Below, one piece after another: positions 27,727 to 36,445 of a DNA stretch of 64,000 nt. A program made the translations under genes and the position numbers. Each line of letters opens with the position of its first letter. The stretch's first letter is position 1. The stretch is from a virus: positions 96,001-160,000 of IMG/VR virus record IMGVR_UViG_3300034283_002790; one strand, 5' to 3'. The notes below the pieces were generated by a model, which was not told the DNA's origin, did no database searches, and saw only the letters and a program-made list of their open reading frames with translations.

Positions 27727-28074
27727 TTAGAATAGTTTTTCTTTTGTTAAAAACCTACATTCAATTGTTCCATTATCCAAATTTTTAAAAACCATTAACC
27801 CGTCCACATTTCTATCAAATCCTTTTTCATCTGCATTCAAATATATTGTTTGTCTTAAATGTTCTTGACCCGATTGTTTTATTCTGGCCACGACACTTAA
27901 TTGACCATAAAACATATCATTCTTATTTGGGGGTATTGTTCCAGGACTATATTCATATCCTTCTTTTTCCCACTGTTTCCACTTTTTTGGAGTGTCGTCA
28001 TCACCTTCAGTTAATAATGGTTTTACATTACCAAGAGTTGATTCTAATAATTGTTTAAATCTAAATTTATACAT
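27727..28074 (-). CDS. Protein with RFKQLLES leader
   Basis: MYKFRFKQLLESTLGNVKPLLTE. Confidence 0.7.
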   Translation of the reverse strand: MYKFRFKQLLESTLGNVKPLLTEGDDDTPKKWKQWEKEGYEYSPGTIPPNKNDMFYGQLSVVARIKQSGQEHLRQTIYLNADEKGFDRNVDGLMVFKNLDNGTIECRFLTKEKLF

Positions 28075-28230
28075 AATATATTTCTTTAGTTATAAATACC
28101 TCCCATTTTCTAAAATTTTTCCCAAAATTTTTTTTTGAATATTGGGGTATATTAGAAATGGGGGGTCGTGTTTCCAGGGAAAATAAATTGATTTAATAAT
28201 TTTTAATTTCTACATTTGTCAATATATCTT

Positions 28231-28521
28231 ATGGGAAAAAAGAAAATAACAATTAAAGAAAAAAAGTGGATGGATAATACCCTTGTTAAATTAAAAGACA
28301 CAAAACACTTTAGGTTGAAAGACACGGTCGATCCAAACTCAAATTTTATAAATTTAAATGGGGGTTATTTTAATAAGGGGAAGTACAAAGGAATTGAAGT
28401 TAATAGATCCCCAGTTGAATATTTAAATTGGTTATTAAATAAAAGTATGATTGTTCTCAATAGGGGTGAGATTAAATTAATTAATAAATTAATCGAAAAT
28501 AAAAAACCCCTATCTTATTAG
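28231..28521 (+). CDS. Small protein with a DUF3820/QSregVF_b-like motif
   Basis: FNKGKYKG......PVEYLNWLL; TACATTTG promoter at 28211-28218. Confidence 0.5.
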   Translation: MGKKKITIKEKKWMDNTLVKLKDTKHFRLKDTVDPNSNFINLNGGYFNKGKYKGIEVNRSPVEYLNWLLNKSMIVLNRGEIKLINKLIENKKPLSY

Positions 28522-28546
28522 AAATGTGGGGTCGACGACCCCATTT
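28522..28546. terminator. Hairpin between convergent genes
   Basis: GGGGTC-GAC-GACCCC stem. Confidence 0.5.
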
Positions 28547-28567
28547 ATGAGTTGGGGGTTGTTATAG

Positions 28568-29047
28568 TTAAAAGATACGGGTTTTATTTAATTCACCCCT
28601 ACTTTTATTCTTATGATCTTCAATTAATAAAGGTTGGATATTTGTATAATGACATAATCTAATAAGGTCCTCAAAAGTTTGAATATTCTTCAGTGCAATT
28701 ACGTGGTCAACCTCCCACTTTTTTTGTTTTTTACTATAGTTTTCCCAAGTAATTCCACCATAAAACTTACTTTCCATGTATATTCTGAATCCATCTCGAT
28801 CAATTCCAAATATCTTGTCAAAGTTAATGGTTTTTTTTAATCCTTTTTTTTTACAGATCGAACGGATCCTTCTTTTTTGATATTCTATAATTCTTAGTAC
28901 TGGATCACGCATTCTTTTTTCTTCCTTTTTTCTATTTAAGCATTTTTTACACTTACTACCAGTTTTTGTTTTTTCTTTATTATCGAAATAAAATTCAGTT
29001 CGACATTTTATCTCATTACATACATTACATCTTTTTGTGTCACACAT
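28568..29047 (-). CDS. HNH-like endonuclease (same family as 23538..24167)
   Basis: CNVC...CKKC; WEVDHVIAL...LCHYTNIQPL. Confidence 0.7.
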   Translation of the reverse strand: MCDTKRCNVCNEIKCRTEFYFDNKEKTKTGSKCKKCLNRKKEEKRMRDPVLRIIEYQKRRIRSICKKKGLKKTINFDKIFGIDRDGFRIYMESKFYGGITWENYSKKQKKWEVDHVIALKNIQTFEDLIRLCHYTNIQPLLIEDHKNKSRGELNKTRIF

Positions 29048-29132
29048 GTTACTTAATATAATATTTAATATTTCGAATGTCAATTTTTTCCCAAAAATTT
29101 TTCCAGAAATTTTTTTGACCATATGTTACATT

Positions 29133-29346
29133 GGGGATTGAGGGGGGTTTTGACCCCCAATTTTGGTCTATATGGGGGGGATACGGGAGGGGACTCCCCC
29201 CAGGTAGGTAGATATAGGGGGATCCCCCCGGGGTAAAAGGGGGGTATATAAGAAAAAAACTTATAGGGTCCCCCCCGGTCACTATAAAACTTACTAACAC
29301 CCCCCTGGTATAAATTGTTAATAACTTTATATTAAAAAGGGGGGGG
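29133..29346. other. Non-coding G/C homopolymer tract cluster
   Basis: Many G4-G8 and C5-C7 runs, several self-complementary, in an AT-rich genome. Confidence 0.8.
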
Positions 29347-29352
29347 AAAATA

Positions 29353-29384
29353 TTTGTGGATGTCAAATATAGTTTGTACCTTTG
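29353..29384 (+). promoter_or_regulatory. Bacteroidota sigma-A promoter with no downstream ORF
   Basis: TTTG-N20-TACCTTTG. Confidence 0.65.
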
Positions 29385-29388
29385 TATT

Positions 29389-29486
29389 GTCGGTGATTAG
29401 ATTCGAGACGGGTTCGACCAACAGTGGGGGTCGCAGAGGGTAGACTCCCACGTGCGTGGTCGGGTGAGACCACTCCAACCTACTTT
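29389..29486 (+). ncRNA. Candidate GC-rich small structured RNA
   Basis: 9-bp stem 29424-29451 and GTGGTC-GGGTGA-GACCAC (29456-29473) directly after the promoter. Confidence 0.4.
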
Positions 29487-29522
29487 ATAAAAATATAAAT
29501 CAATGTCCCCCCAGGTTTAAAG

Positions 29523-30008
29523 TTATATTTCTGTTACTTTAACAATATGGTAATCATTATACTCAGTTTCTAAAATGTTTTCACGAAATAGATTAGAACT
29601 ATCAAATAGATCTAGTTCACCATTAGAAATGTACTCATATACTGATTGTCTAAGAACACTCTCAGTTAAAAAAGATTCAACTTCAGTTCGATAAATAACT
29701 TCTTGATTAACAACTTGATCTTCACTCATGAAAACATAATATGATTTCTTTTCAGGAATAACAATTTCACCTGTGTTCATAAATGACTGTAATAATTCAA
29801 ATAAAAACTCTCTATCTTCTCTACTCATTTTTTGTCCGGTCATGGATTCAACCATAGAGGTTATTTGTTGATCCTTATCGGACCCATATAAAAAATAGTA
29901 ATCGAAATTATCTTCTAAATCAGAAAACTCTATATTATTTACTAATTGATTTAAAATTACTTTTAAACCACTTTGTGACATATTTTGTAGATTTGTATCC
30001 CCCATCAT
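29523..30008 (-). CDS. Hypothetical protein
   Basis: 161 aa; TATTTAT upstream. Confidence 0.65.
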   Translation of the reverse strand: MMGDTNLQNMSQSGLKVILNQLVNNIEFSDLEDNFDYYFLYGSDKDQQITSMVESMTGQKMSREDREFLFELLQSFMNTGEIVIPEKKSYYVFMSEDQVVNQEVIYRTEVESFLTESVLRQSVYEYISNGELDLFDSSNLFRENILETEYNDYHIVKVTEI

Positions 30009-30079
30009 TAATTTTTAATTTATAAATATTTGTTTATTATATTTAAATTTACTATTTTTAAAATTAAAGAAAAGTTGTT

Positions 30080-30241
30080 ATGTTAATATTTAAGTTGTTA
30101 CTGATCTTTATGTTCATCTATTTTCTATATAACTCTTACACCAGAGATGGGGAGGTTGAATGTAGAGAGATTAATTTTGAAAAGGATTTATTATCCATTA
30201 TTATAATGATCATATTGTTTTACCTCGCTGGATGTATTTAA
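30080..30241 (+). CDS. Small two-TM protein (53 aa, not in the track)
   Basis: Manual translation MLIFKLLLIFMFIYFLYNSY...IIIMIILFYLAGCI. Confidence 0.45.
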   Translation: MLIFKLLLIFMFIYFLYNSYTRDGEVECREINFEKDLLSIIIMIILFYLAGCI

Positions 30242-30244
30242 GTT

Positions 30245-30421
30245 ATGATTGAGAAACTATCTGATATATTTGAAATAATTGTTTTTTGTGTGATCTCTTT
30301 TACTCTATTTTTAATTGGGGCTATGATGTGGTGTGTGTCCTATATAAGAAAAGATCCTGAGTCTAGATTATCTAAGTTTATTAAAAAACACATTCTTACA
30401 GATCAAGATCTTGAGTTATAA
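30245..30421 (+). CDS. Small membrane protein (58 aa, not in the track)
   Basis: Manual translation MIEKLSDIFEIIVFCVISFTLFLIGAMMWCV... Confidence 0.5.
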   Translation: MIEKLSDIFEIIVFCVISFTLFLIGAMMWCVSYIRKDPESRLSKFIKKHILTDQDLEL

Positions 30422-30710
30422 CTTTTAAGTTATGATCTCGAAGTGTCATCTCCACTTTTGTCATATCATCTTTTGAGATCCCCCCATTTAAATTAAGGTA
30501 TTCTATTATATCCCCCATCTCACTTTGGGTTAGAATTAAAACTTCTTGTCTTAACCGGTTAGAAACTCTTACCTGGTTGTACTCACACCACCCACTTAAT
30601 GGTCCGTTTGTATAAGTAAGTGTTATGGTACTCCCACTTTTTGTTACAGAAGTTGTGAATTTGTCTATTAAATCAATCATTTTTTTATTATAAAGATATG
30701 ATTTTTTCAT
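30396..30710 (-). CDS. Hypothetical protein (start uncertain)
   Basis: ORF track 30396..30758; internal Met chosen as start. Confidence 0.4.
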   Translation of the reverse strand: MKKSYLYNKKMIDLIDKFTTSVTKSGSTITLTYTNGPLSGWCEYNQVRVSNRLRQEVLILTQSEMGDIIEYLNLNGGISKDDMTKVEMTLRDHNLKVITQDLDL

Positions 30711-30771
30711 TTTTTCTGTAGAGTTGGGGGACACGTTAAACACGACACAATCCCCCACCTAAAATTAGATC

Positions 30772-31201
30772 CCACTTTAATGATCCCACTTTTTACCACT
30801 TTTGACGTTTATAATAGTGTAAGAGTTAATTTTTCCCCCCTGGTGATAGTAATATGACCACTTTTTTACTACATACGTTTTCCAGCGAAAACTATACAGT
30901 TATGGTACAAACTCGGGGGACAGTCCTTTAGGACGTTAGAATCCCCATTTTAGATCCATTTAGTAGACAACTTAATGACTTACTTAGTAACTTCTTCAAC
31001 TCATTTTTGACTAAAAAATGACATTTCATGAACACTTTTTTTAATGGTGGTAAAAAGTGGGGATTATGTTTTATATCATTCTAGTCAGGTTAAACCTGAC
31101 AATACGGATATACTTTAATTCCCCCACCACTAACCACCCCAAAATATAATACCATATTGTTTATGGTTTACCAGTCTTTTGACTTTGTAATAAACCACTT
31201 T
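30772..31201. repeat. Dispersed CCACTTT motif cluster in non-coding DNA
   Basis: Copies at 30772, 30786, 30796, 30858, 31195 and an inverted copy at 31054. Confidence 0.6.
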
Positions 31202-31335
31202 TACCATTATACCATAACTGTGTTCTTAATTTGTCATCTACTAACCGGGGGGAATTGTTTTTTAAAGGGGGGGATTACATTTCTTTAAAGTATATGTGGT
31301 AAATTGGGGGACATATTCTGAATAGATATGTAAAC

Positions 31336-31360
31336 AAAAAAAGACCCCAGTGGAGTCTTT
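31336..31360 (-). terminator. Intrinsic terminator
   Basis: AAAGACTCCA-C-TGGGGTCTTTTTTT. Confidence 0.65.
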
Positions 31361-31382
31361 CTATTTAGATAAATTACTTTAA

Positions 31383-32015
31383 TTATTTTCTAATAAAAAA
31401 GAGTTCATCATCTCTTCTAACCTTCTTAAGATTTGTTAAATAATCATTTTCACTATCTCTGTAACCCAAAGGTAAAACAACCGCTGATCTTAAACCATTA
31501 TCCTGTAAATTTAAAATTCTATCTACTTCACTGGAATTAAAACCTTCCATAGGTGTACAGTCAATTCCTTCATATGCTGCCATTGACAGAGCAAAACCTA
31601 AACCGATGTATGCTTGTTTTTGAGCCCAGGTAATCTTTTGTTCATTGTTCATAGAAGATATTGTACCTTTAATCATGTTTGAAAACTCATTTAATGATTC
31701 TACCGGTATTTCTCTTTGACTTGCAACCTCATTCATGTAAGTATCCACAGAACTATCTGTAATGTCATCCCAGGTAGCAAATACAAGAACACAAGAAGAA
31801 TCTACCAACTGAGTTTGACCATAACATGCTCCTTGTAGTTGTTCTTTAAGTGATTGATCTTCGACAACAATAACATGGTAAGGTGTAAGTCCATAAGAAC
31901 TTGGTGCCAGTTTGGTTGCTTTTAGAATTGTATCTAATTTATCCTGAGGGATTTTTTCCCCATTCATTTTCTTTGTGGCGTATCTCCACTCTAACGCATT
32001 TAATAAGTGATCCAT
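31383..32015 (-). CDS. NAD(P)H-dependent nitroreductase family protein
   Basis: LEWRYATKKM, LAPSSYGLTP, IDCTPMEGF, LPLGYR. Confidence 0.9.
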   Translation of the reverse strand: MDHLLNALEWRYATKKMNGEKIPQDKLDTILKATKLAPSSYGLTPYHVIVVEDQSLKEQLQGACYGQTQLVDSSCVLVFATWDDITDSSVDTYMNEVASQREIPVESLNEFSNMIKGTISSMNNEQKITWAQKQAYIGLGFALSMAAYEGIDCTPMEGFNSSEVDRILNLQDNGLRSAVVLPLGYRDSENDYLTNLKKVRRDDELFFIRK

Positions 32016-32146
32016 ATATATATTTTTTAAAAGTATAAACAAAATTTAATTAATAGACAAGAGTATAAGATTAAATTGTGAGGTGAATTCCTTAACGAAG
32101 TGAAACGAGTGAAGGACCATGAACCGAATGATTTGATCTTATACTC

Positions 32147-32626
32147 TTAAAAAGTATTATATCTATTTTCTAAATCTATTTCTCTAACAAGAAGACCTGA
32201 GTTATCCTCAAACCATGTTTTAAATATTGGGATCCATTTATCACCAAATAATGTTGTCAGTTCATTTATAACCCCCCTACTTATTGATAAGGTATGCAAA
32301 TATTCATACCCATCCCATTCTCCAAGATATGAGTATGCTGGTGAATCATCAATTAGAAAATCATATATACCATATTGTTCTAATTCTACTTTATAAAAAT
32401 CGTAAATGTCGCTCCAACCATAATCCGGATAAAACTGTTCTGTAAGGTATTGATAAATAAAATAATTAATTTCTTCATCATTTAGATCTATTAAACTAAT
32501 TAATCTACTGACCCCATTAACAGCAAGTGATGCTTTTTTAATACCTACAGTACCAATCAATTCCCTCAAATTATTCTTAAGTGAATTTTCCCTTAATATT
32601 CTTTTGATGGATTCTTGTAGGTTCAT
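32147..32626 (-). CDS. MNLQE-leader protein
   Basis: MNLQESIKRILRE; VGIKKASLAVNG module. Confidence 0.75.
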   Translation of the reverse strand: MNLQESIKRILRENSLKNNLRELIGTVGIKKASLAVNGVSRLISLIDLNDEEINYFIYQYLTEQFYPDYGWSDIYDFYKVELEQYGIYDFLIDDSPAYSYLGEWDGYEYLHTLSISRGVINELTTLFGDKWIPIFKTWFEDNSGLLVREIDLENRYNTF

Positions 32627-33108
32627 ATAAGTTCAATGCGTTCTATCTTTTCTTTTATTGGTTTAAATAATAATAAGTTTCTTACCCCACCTTCATATAT
32701 CCAAACACCATCATAATTACCTTCTAACCATTCCATTACATCGTCATTCGCTTCAATTGCCGACCAACTATCAGAGTTGTAATACAATTGTTCAGGTTCT
32801 GTTATATAATAATCATCTTCATCTTCATCGTAATATGGGTCAATCAAAGTTCCAAACTCGTCAATTATTAATTCACAATCTTTCAATAGATTGGTATCAA
32901 TTAAGTTCAAATTTCTTCTTAAAAAAACTCTATAAATGTATTCCCCATATGATTTTGCTTCATTTTCACTAATTGAAAAAAATGTCCCATTAAACATTAA
33001 ACCTTCTTTGTTAAATTCGTGTTTTTCTGATGTCCCGTGATAAACGATTAAATCATTTTCATTTAGTTCCTCCCTTAATATTCTTCTTATGGATTCTTGT
33101 AGGTTCAT
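32623..33108 (-). CDS. MNLQE-leader ADP-ribosyltransferase-fold protein
   Basis: VYHGTS...GTFFS...AKSYG.YIY.V.L...YDG. Confidence 0.55.
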   Translation of the reverse strand: MNLQESIRRILREELNENDLIVYHGTSEKHEFNKEGLMFNGTFFSISENEAKSYGEYIYRVFLRRNLNLIDTNLLKDCELIIDEFGTLIDPYYDEDEDDYYITEPEQLYYNSDSWSAIEANDDVMEWLEGNYDGVWIYEGGVRNLLLFKPIKEKIERIELI

Positions 33109-33124
33109 TTCTTATAAATATCTA

Positions 33125-34603
33125 TTATAAATCACTGTCATTATCTGTATTGGTCACCTGTAAATCATACACGGAATTTAACCATTCCTTTGTAAGTTCT
33201 TTTATTTCTTTGAGAGTAAGTTCGAATTCTTGTGCTAGGATTTTCCATATTTCCTCATAACTAATTCTACATTCACTTTTTATATCGATCAAATAGTTAT
33301 AATTTATTGTAAAATGTATGAATATAATGTTATCGGGATTATACCCATAACAAATCACATCAGGATCATCATCAAACTCCCAACTTAATTCCGTTTCTGA
33401 AAGTGGAATAATTTTTAGATCGTCAAATAAGTGTAGGTAATCCATTGGTGAATTTATGTTTAATATTTTACATAAGTTTTTAAATCCACCTACCGCTTTT
33501 GTAGTTAATTCAACCCCTATGGATTTGATCGAGCGTAATATCGTATCTCTAAGACTGGTGTCTTCAGTTTCTTCCCTCAATACTCTTTTTATGGATTCTT
33601 GAAGATCGTCCGTTGTGTATTTTCTATTCATTAACCAGTCATACCCACCGCAAGAATTAACATATGATCTTACAATTTCAGTATTAAATGGTACAAACAA
33701 TTTAATGGTTTTGAGCAAGTTATTCATTAAATCTAATTCTTTATAGAGTATTCTTTGAGTTCTTGGCCATACTTCTGAGTTTGGTCCACCAACAAAATAA
33801 ACTTTAACCAAATATGGAATTTTATCTTTATTCGAATAATAATATTGGTCATCTCTTTCTTCAGGAGTTATTATATCAACCCCACAAAAATGTTTGCAAT
33901 CAGAAACGTCATAAGAATTAATTATACCTTTAATTAAATTTTTTTGTAAATTTGTATTTCCGGACAATTTTGACTCATTTATATATTTAATTTCTTCTCC
34001 ACACTTCTTAACATAATAAGGGGCAAACACATAAACATTTAAACCCCAGGAACTAATTGTATTATCTATTAATGCTAATACATCACTTAGACCAGAATCA
34101 TGAAGTTGGTAGTATCTAATTGGTGAAGAAGATCTAATTTCGTAGTCACCATCTTCAGAATTATATTCAACCCACATGTCACAAATGTTATTGTTAGTGG
34201 ATTTGACTCTTTGAATTAAATCATTGATTAATTTGAGAAAGTAATCTTCTTTTTTTCCTTTTGATTCATTTAATGGACTCCATTCACAATTTGGTTTTGT
34301 GTAATAACCAACAAAAATATTTCGTATAGGTAGAAATACCTCTAATTGCATTTTAACCTCATCCCGCATTTCTTGAATATAACTTCTAATTCGGTATAAA
34401 TTTAAAAACTTATCATGTAGTTCTTCTTGACTAAAAACTAAATAAATGTTGTAATCAGGATCTTCAACATCAAAAGAAACTCTTATATCGCATATACAAT
34501 CTTTTTTTTTGAAGTGTTCCAACATCCTTTCGATGACCTCAATAAAAATACCTGGTTCCATTTCCTCTTTTAATATTCTTCTTATGGATTCTTGTAGGTT
34601 CAT
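33125..34603 (-). CDS. Multi-module MNLQE-leader protein
   Basis: N-terminal leader plus an internal second leader DLQESIKRVLREE. Confidence 0.75.
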   Translation of the reverse strand: MNLQESIRRILKEEMEPGIFIEVIERMLEHFKKKDCICDIRVSFDVEDPDYNIYLVFSQEELHDKFLNLYRIRSYIQEMRDEVKMQLEVFLPIRNIFVGYYTKPNCEWSPLNESKGKKEDYFLKLINDLIQRVKSTNNNICDMWVEYNSEDGDYEIRSSSPIRYYQLHDSGLSDVLALIDNTISSWGLNVYVFAPYYVKKCGEEIKYINESKLSGNTNLQKNLIKGIINSYDVSDCKHFCGVDIITPEERDDQYYYSNKDKIPYLVKVYFVGGPNSEVWPRTQRILYKELDLMNNLLKTIKLFVPFNTEIVRSYVNSCGGYDWLMNRKYTTDDLQESIKRVLREETEDTSLRDTILRSIKSIGVELTTKAVGGFKNLCKILNINSPMDYLHLFDDLKIIPLSETELSWEFDDDPDVICYGYNPDNIIFIHFTINYNYLIDIKSECRISYEEIWKILAQEFELTLKEIKELTKEWLNSVYDLQVTNTDNDSDL

Positions 34604-34926
34604 TTTTTCATATTTTTATAATACATTTCAAGAACGGGATTATAAACTGATATCATATGTTTTACATACAAATCAATATCTTCTTTTGGAAGTTCTTCAC
34701 TTATCTCAATATTATATTTATAATAAATATAGTTCTGTAAAGTTAATTCGATTAATTTATATTTGAATTCTTCCAGGGTGTTCGTGTCATAAAAAATGTA
34801 TGGAATTCCTTTTATCATCATTGTTTCAAATTTATAATGATCAATTCTTCTGTTGAAAAAGGAAGGTAATTTCTTATTTTTGTTTTCTTCCATCAGAATT
34901 CTTCTTATGTTTTCTTGTAGGTTCAT
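34600..34926 (-). CDS. MNLQE-leader protein
   Basis: MNLQENIRRILMEE. Confidence 0.75.
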   Translation of the reverse strand: MNLQENIRRILMEENKNKKLPSFFNRRIDHYKFETMMIKGIPYIFYDTNTLEEFKYKLIELTLQNYIYYKYNIEISEELPKEDIDLYVKHMISVYNPVLEMYYKNMKK

Positions 34927-34931
34927 TATTT

Positions 34932-35276
34932 TTAAACTGAATAAATGTAATGTATATCCCCATCAAAAATTACAACATAACCATCTTCCTCGGACTTATC
35001 GTAGAATTCCAACCATTCCTCACTTTCAGGATTGTTTATAATTTTATTTATTGATTTTGTTAAAGTAAATTTATCTTTGAATTCTTCTTCAGAGATTTCA
35101 TAATTTTCCATATCATCAATAAATTGTGCAAACTCTGATGAGTCAATCTCACCAAAACAAGTATCGTAAAATATTCCATCTTCATCAGCATCAGTACACT
35201 TAAATTCGTAATATAGATCTTGTTTAGGGTTTGACTCTTCCCTTAATATTTTTTTTATGTTTTCTTGTAGGTTCAT
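34932..35276 (-). CDS. MNLQE-leader acidic protein
   Basis: MNLQENIKKILREE. Confidence 0.75.
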   Translation of the reverse strand: MNLQENIKKILREESNPKQDLYYEFKCTDADEDGIFYDTCFGEIDSSEFAQFIDDMENYEISEEEFKDKFTLTKSINKIINNPESEEWLEFYDKSEEDGYVVIFDGDIHYIYSV

Positions 35277-35608
35277 TATTTCTTTAATACATTATACATT
35301 GATGATATCCTATCTTTATATTGTTCCATTAAACCATTAAGTATCTCACCATACCACTCAACATCATTAGGTAAATAACGTTTGAGTTCAATACCGTCCA
35401 TAAAATCAATTATTACCATTCTTGTAAACTCATATTCCGATAACTTACGTGAGTTTGCTTTATAGTTTCTTAAAAACATTTTTGATATAAAATCTAATGA
35501 GTCCTTAAACTCACTTTCTAATCTTTCTGGTGATACTCTACGTAATACCAATCTCATAAAATTAGTTTCTTCCTTTAATACTCTTCTTATGTTTTCTTGT
35601 AGGTTCAT
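35276..35608 (-). CDS. MNLQE-leader protein
   Basis: MNLQENIRRVLKEE. Confidence 0.75.
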   Translation of the reverse strand: MNLQENIRRVLKEETNFMRLVLRRVSPERLESEFKDSLDFISKMFLRNYKANSRKLSEYEFTRMVIIDFMDGIELKRYLPNDVEWYGEILNGLMEQYKDRISSMYNVLKK

Positions 35609-35609
35609 A

Positions 35610-36440
35610 TTACCAACTTTTACCTGTTCCTTTATGTATTAATTTCAAACAATCAGGTGATATGTCTTCAAATGTTACAATATGATGACTATAATCATCA
35701 CTTTCAAAATGTGCGTCTATATACCAAGTAACCCCCGCACATTCCGTATCAATTAACCATGTATCATCATTGTAAGTTGAGTCAAACATATCTTCCTCAT
35801 TTAATGAATCTGTGGCAAAAATCGCTGGTTGACATTCCGTATACCATTCACCATATAAACCCATTACGTGATTCTCATAACATTCCCCAACTGATACTTG
35901 TAATCCTGTTAGTCCAATATTCTTTCTCCATTGTGGGGGGGATTTATGAGCAACATATCTACCAGGTGTGTACTCATCACCTGCAGGTGAATAAGTTTCT
36001 TCCCTTAATATTCTTCTTATTGATTCTTGTAGGTTACGTAATTTAAGTTGGAATAATGTGGTATCTTCTTCCTTATAGTATTTTACCGACTTTCCTATAT
36101 TTGAAGGTAAATTACTTAATATGTATCTCCATGCTTTTTCAGCCTCAGGACTTCTAAATACTGAATTAATAATAATGTTTGGTCTTTCTTTGAATAAGTT
36201 TATAATCGTTTTTGGATATATTCTATTTCCTTTGTATTCATTATCAATTGTTGCATCCACAATTGTATATAGATTCGGTATGCTTTCCTTAACAAAAGAT
36301 ATTTCCCCAATCTTTTTATCACCATTCATAATGAATACATCAAACCCATCCTCATAATCTTTTATAACGGTATTCAAATCTTCCAGCGGAATAAAATCTT
36401 CTTCCCTTAATACTTTCTTTATGTGTTCTTGTAGGTTCAT
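35610..36440 (-). CDS. Two-module MNLQE protein: GNAT-like plus ART-like
   Basis: IGEISF...IDNEYKGNRIY; internal RNLQESIRRILREE; VAHKS...NIGLTGL...AIFAT. Confidence 0.55.
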   Translation of the reverse strand: MNLQEHIKKVLREEDFIPLEDLNTVIKDYEDGFDVFIMNGDKKIGEISFVKESIPNLYTIVDATIDNEYKGNRIYPKTIINLFKERPNIIINSVFRSPEAEKAWRYILSNLPSNIGKSVKYYKEEDTTLFQLKLRNLQESIRRILREETYSPAGDEYTPGRYVAHKSPPQWRKNIGLTGLQVSVGECYENHVMGLYGEWYTECQPAIFATDSLNEEDMFDSTYNDDTWLIDTECAGVTWYIDAHFESDDYSHHIVTFEDISPDCLKLIHKGTGKSW

Positions 36441-36445
36441 ATTAT

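Noticed and set aside
29049-29366. 105-aa ORF across the G/C-tract region
   Set aside because: Pro/Gly-rich translation of homopolymer runs with no gene context; treated as non-coding
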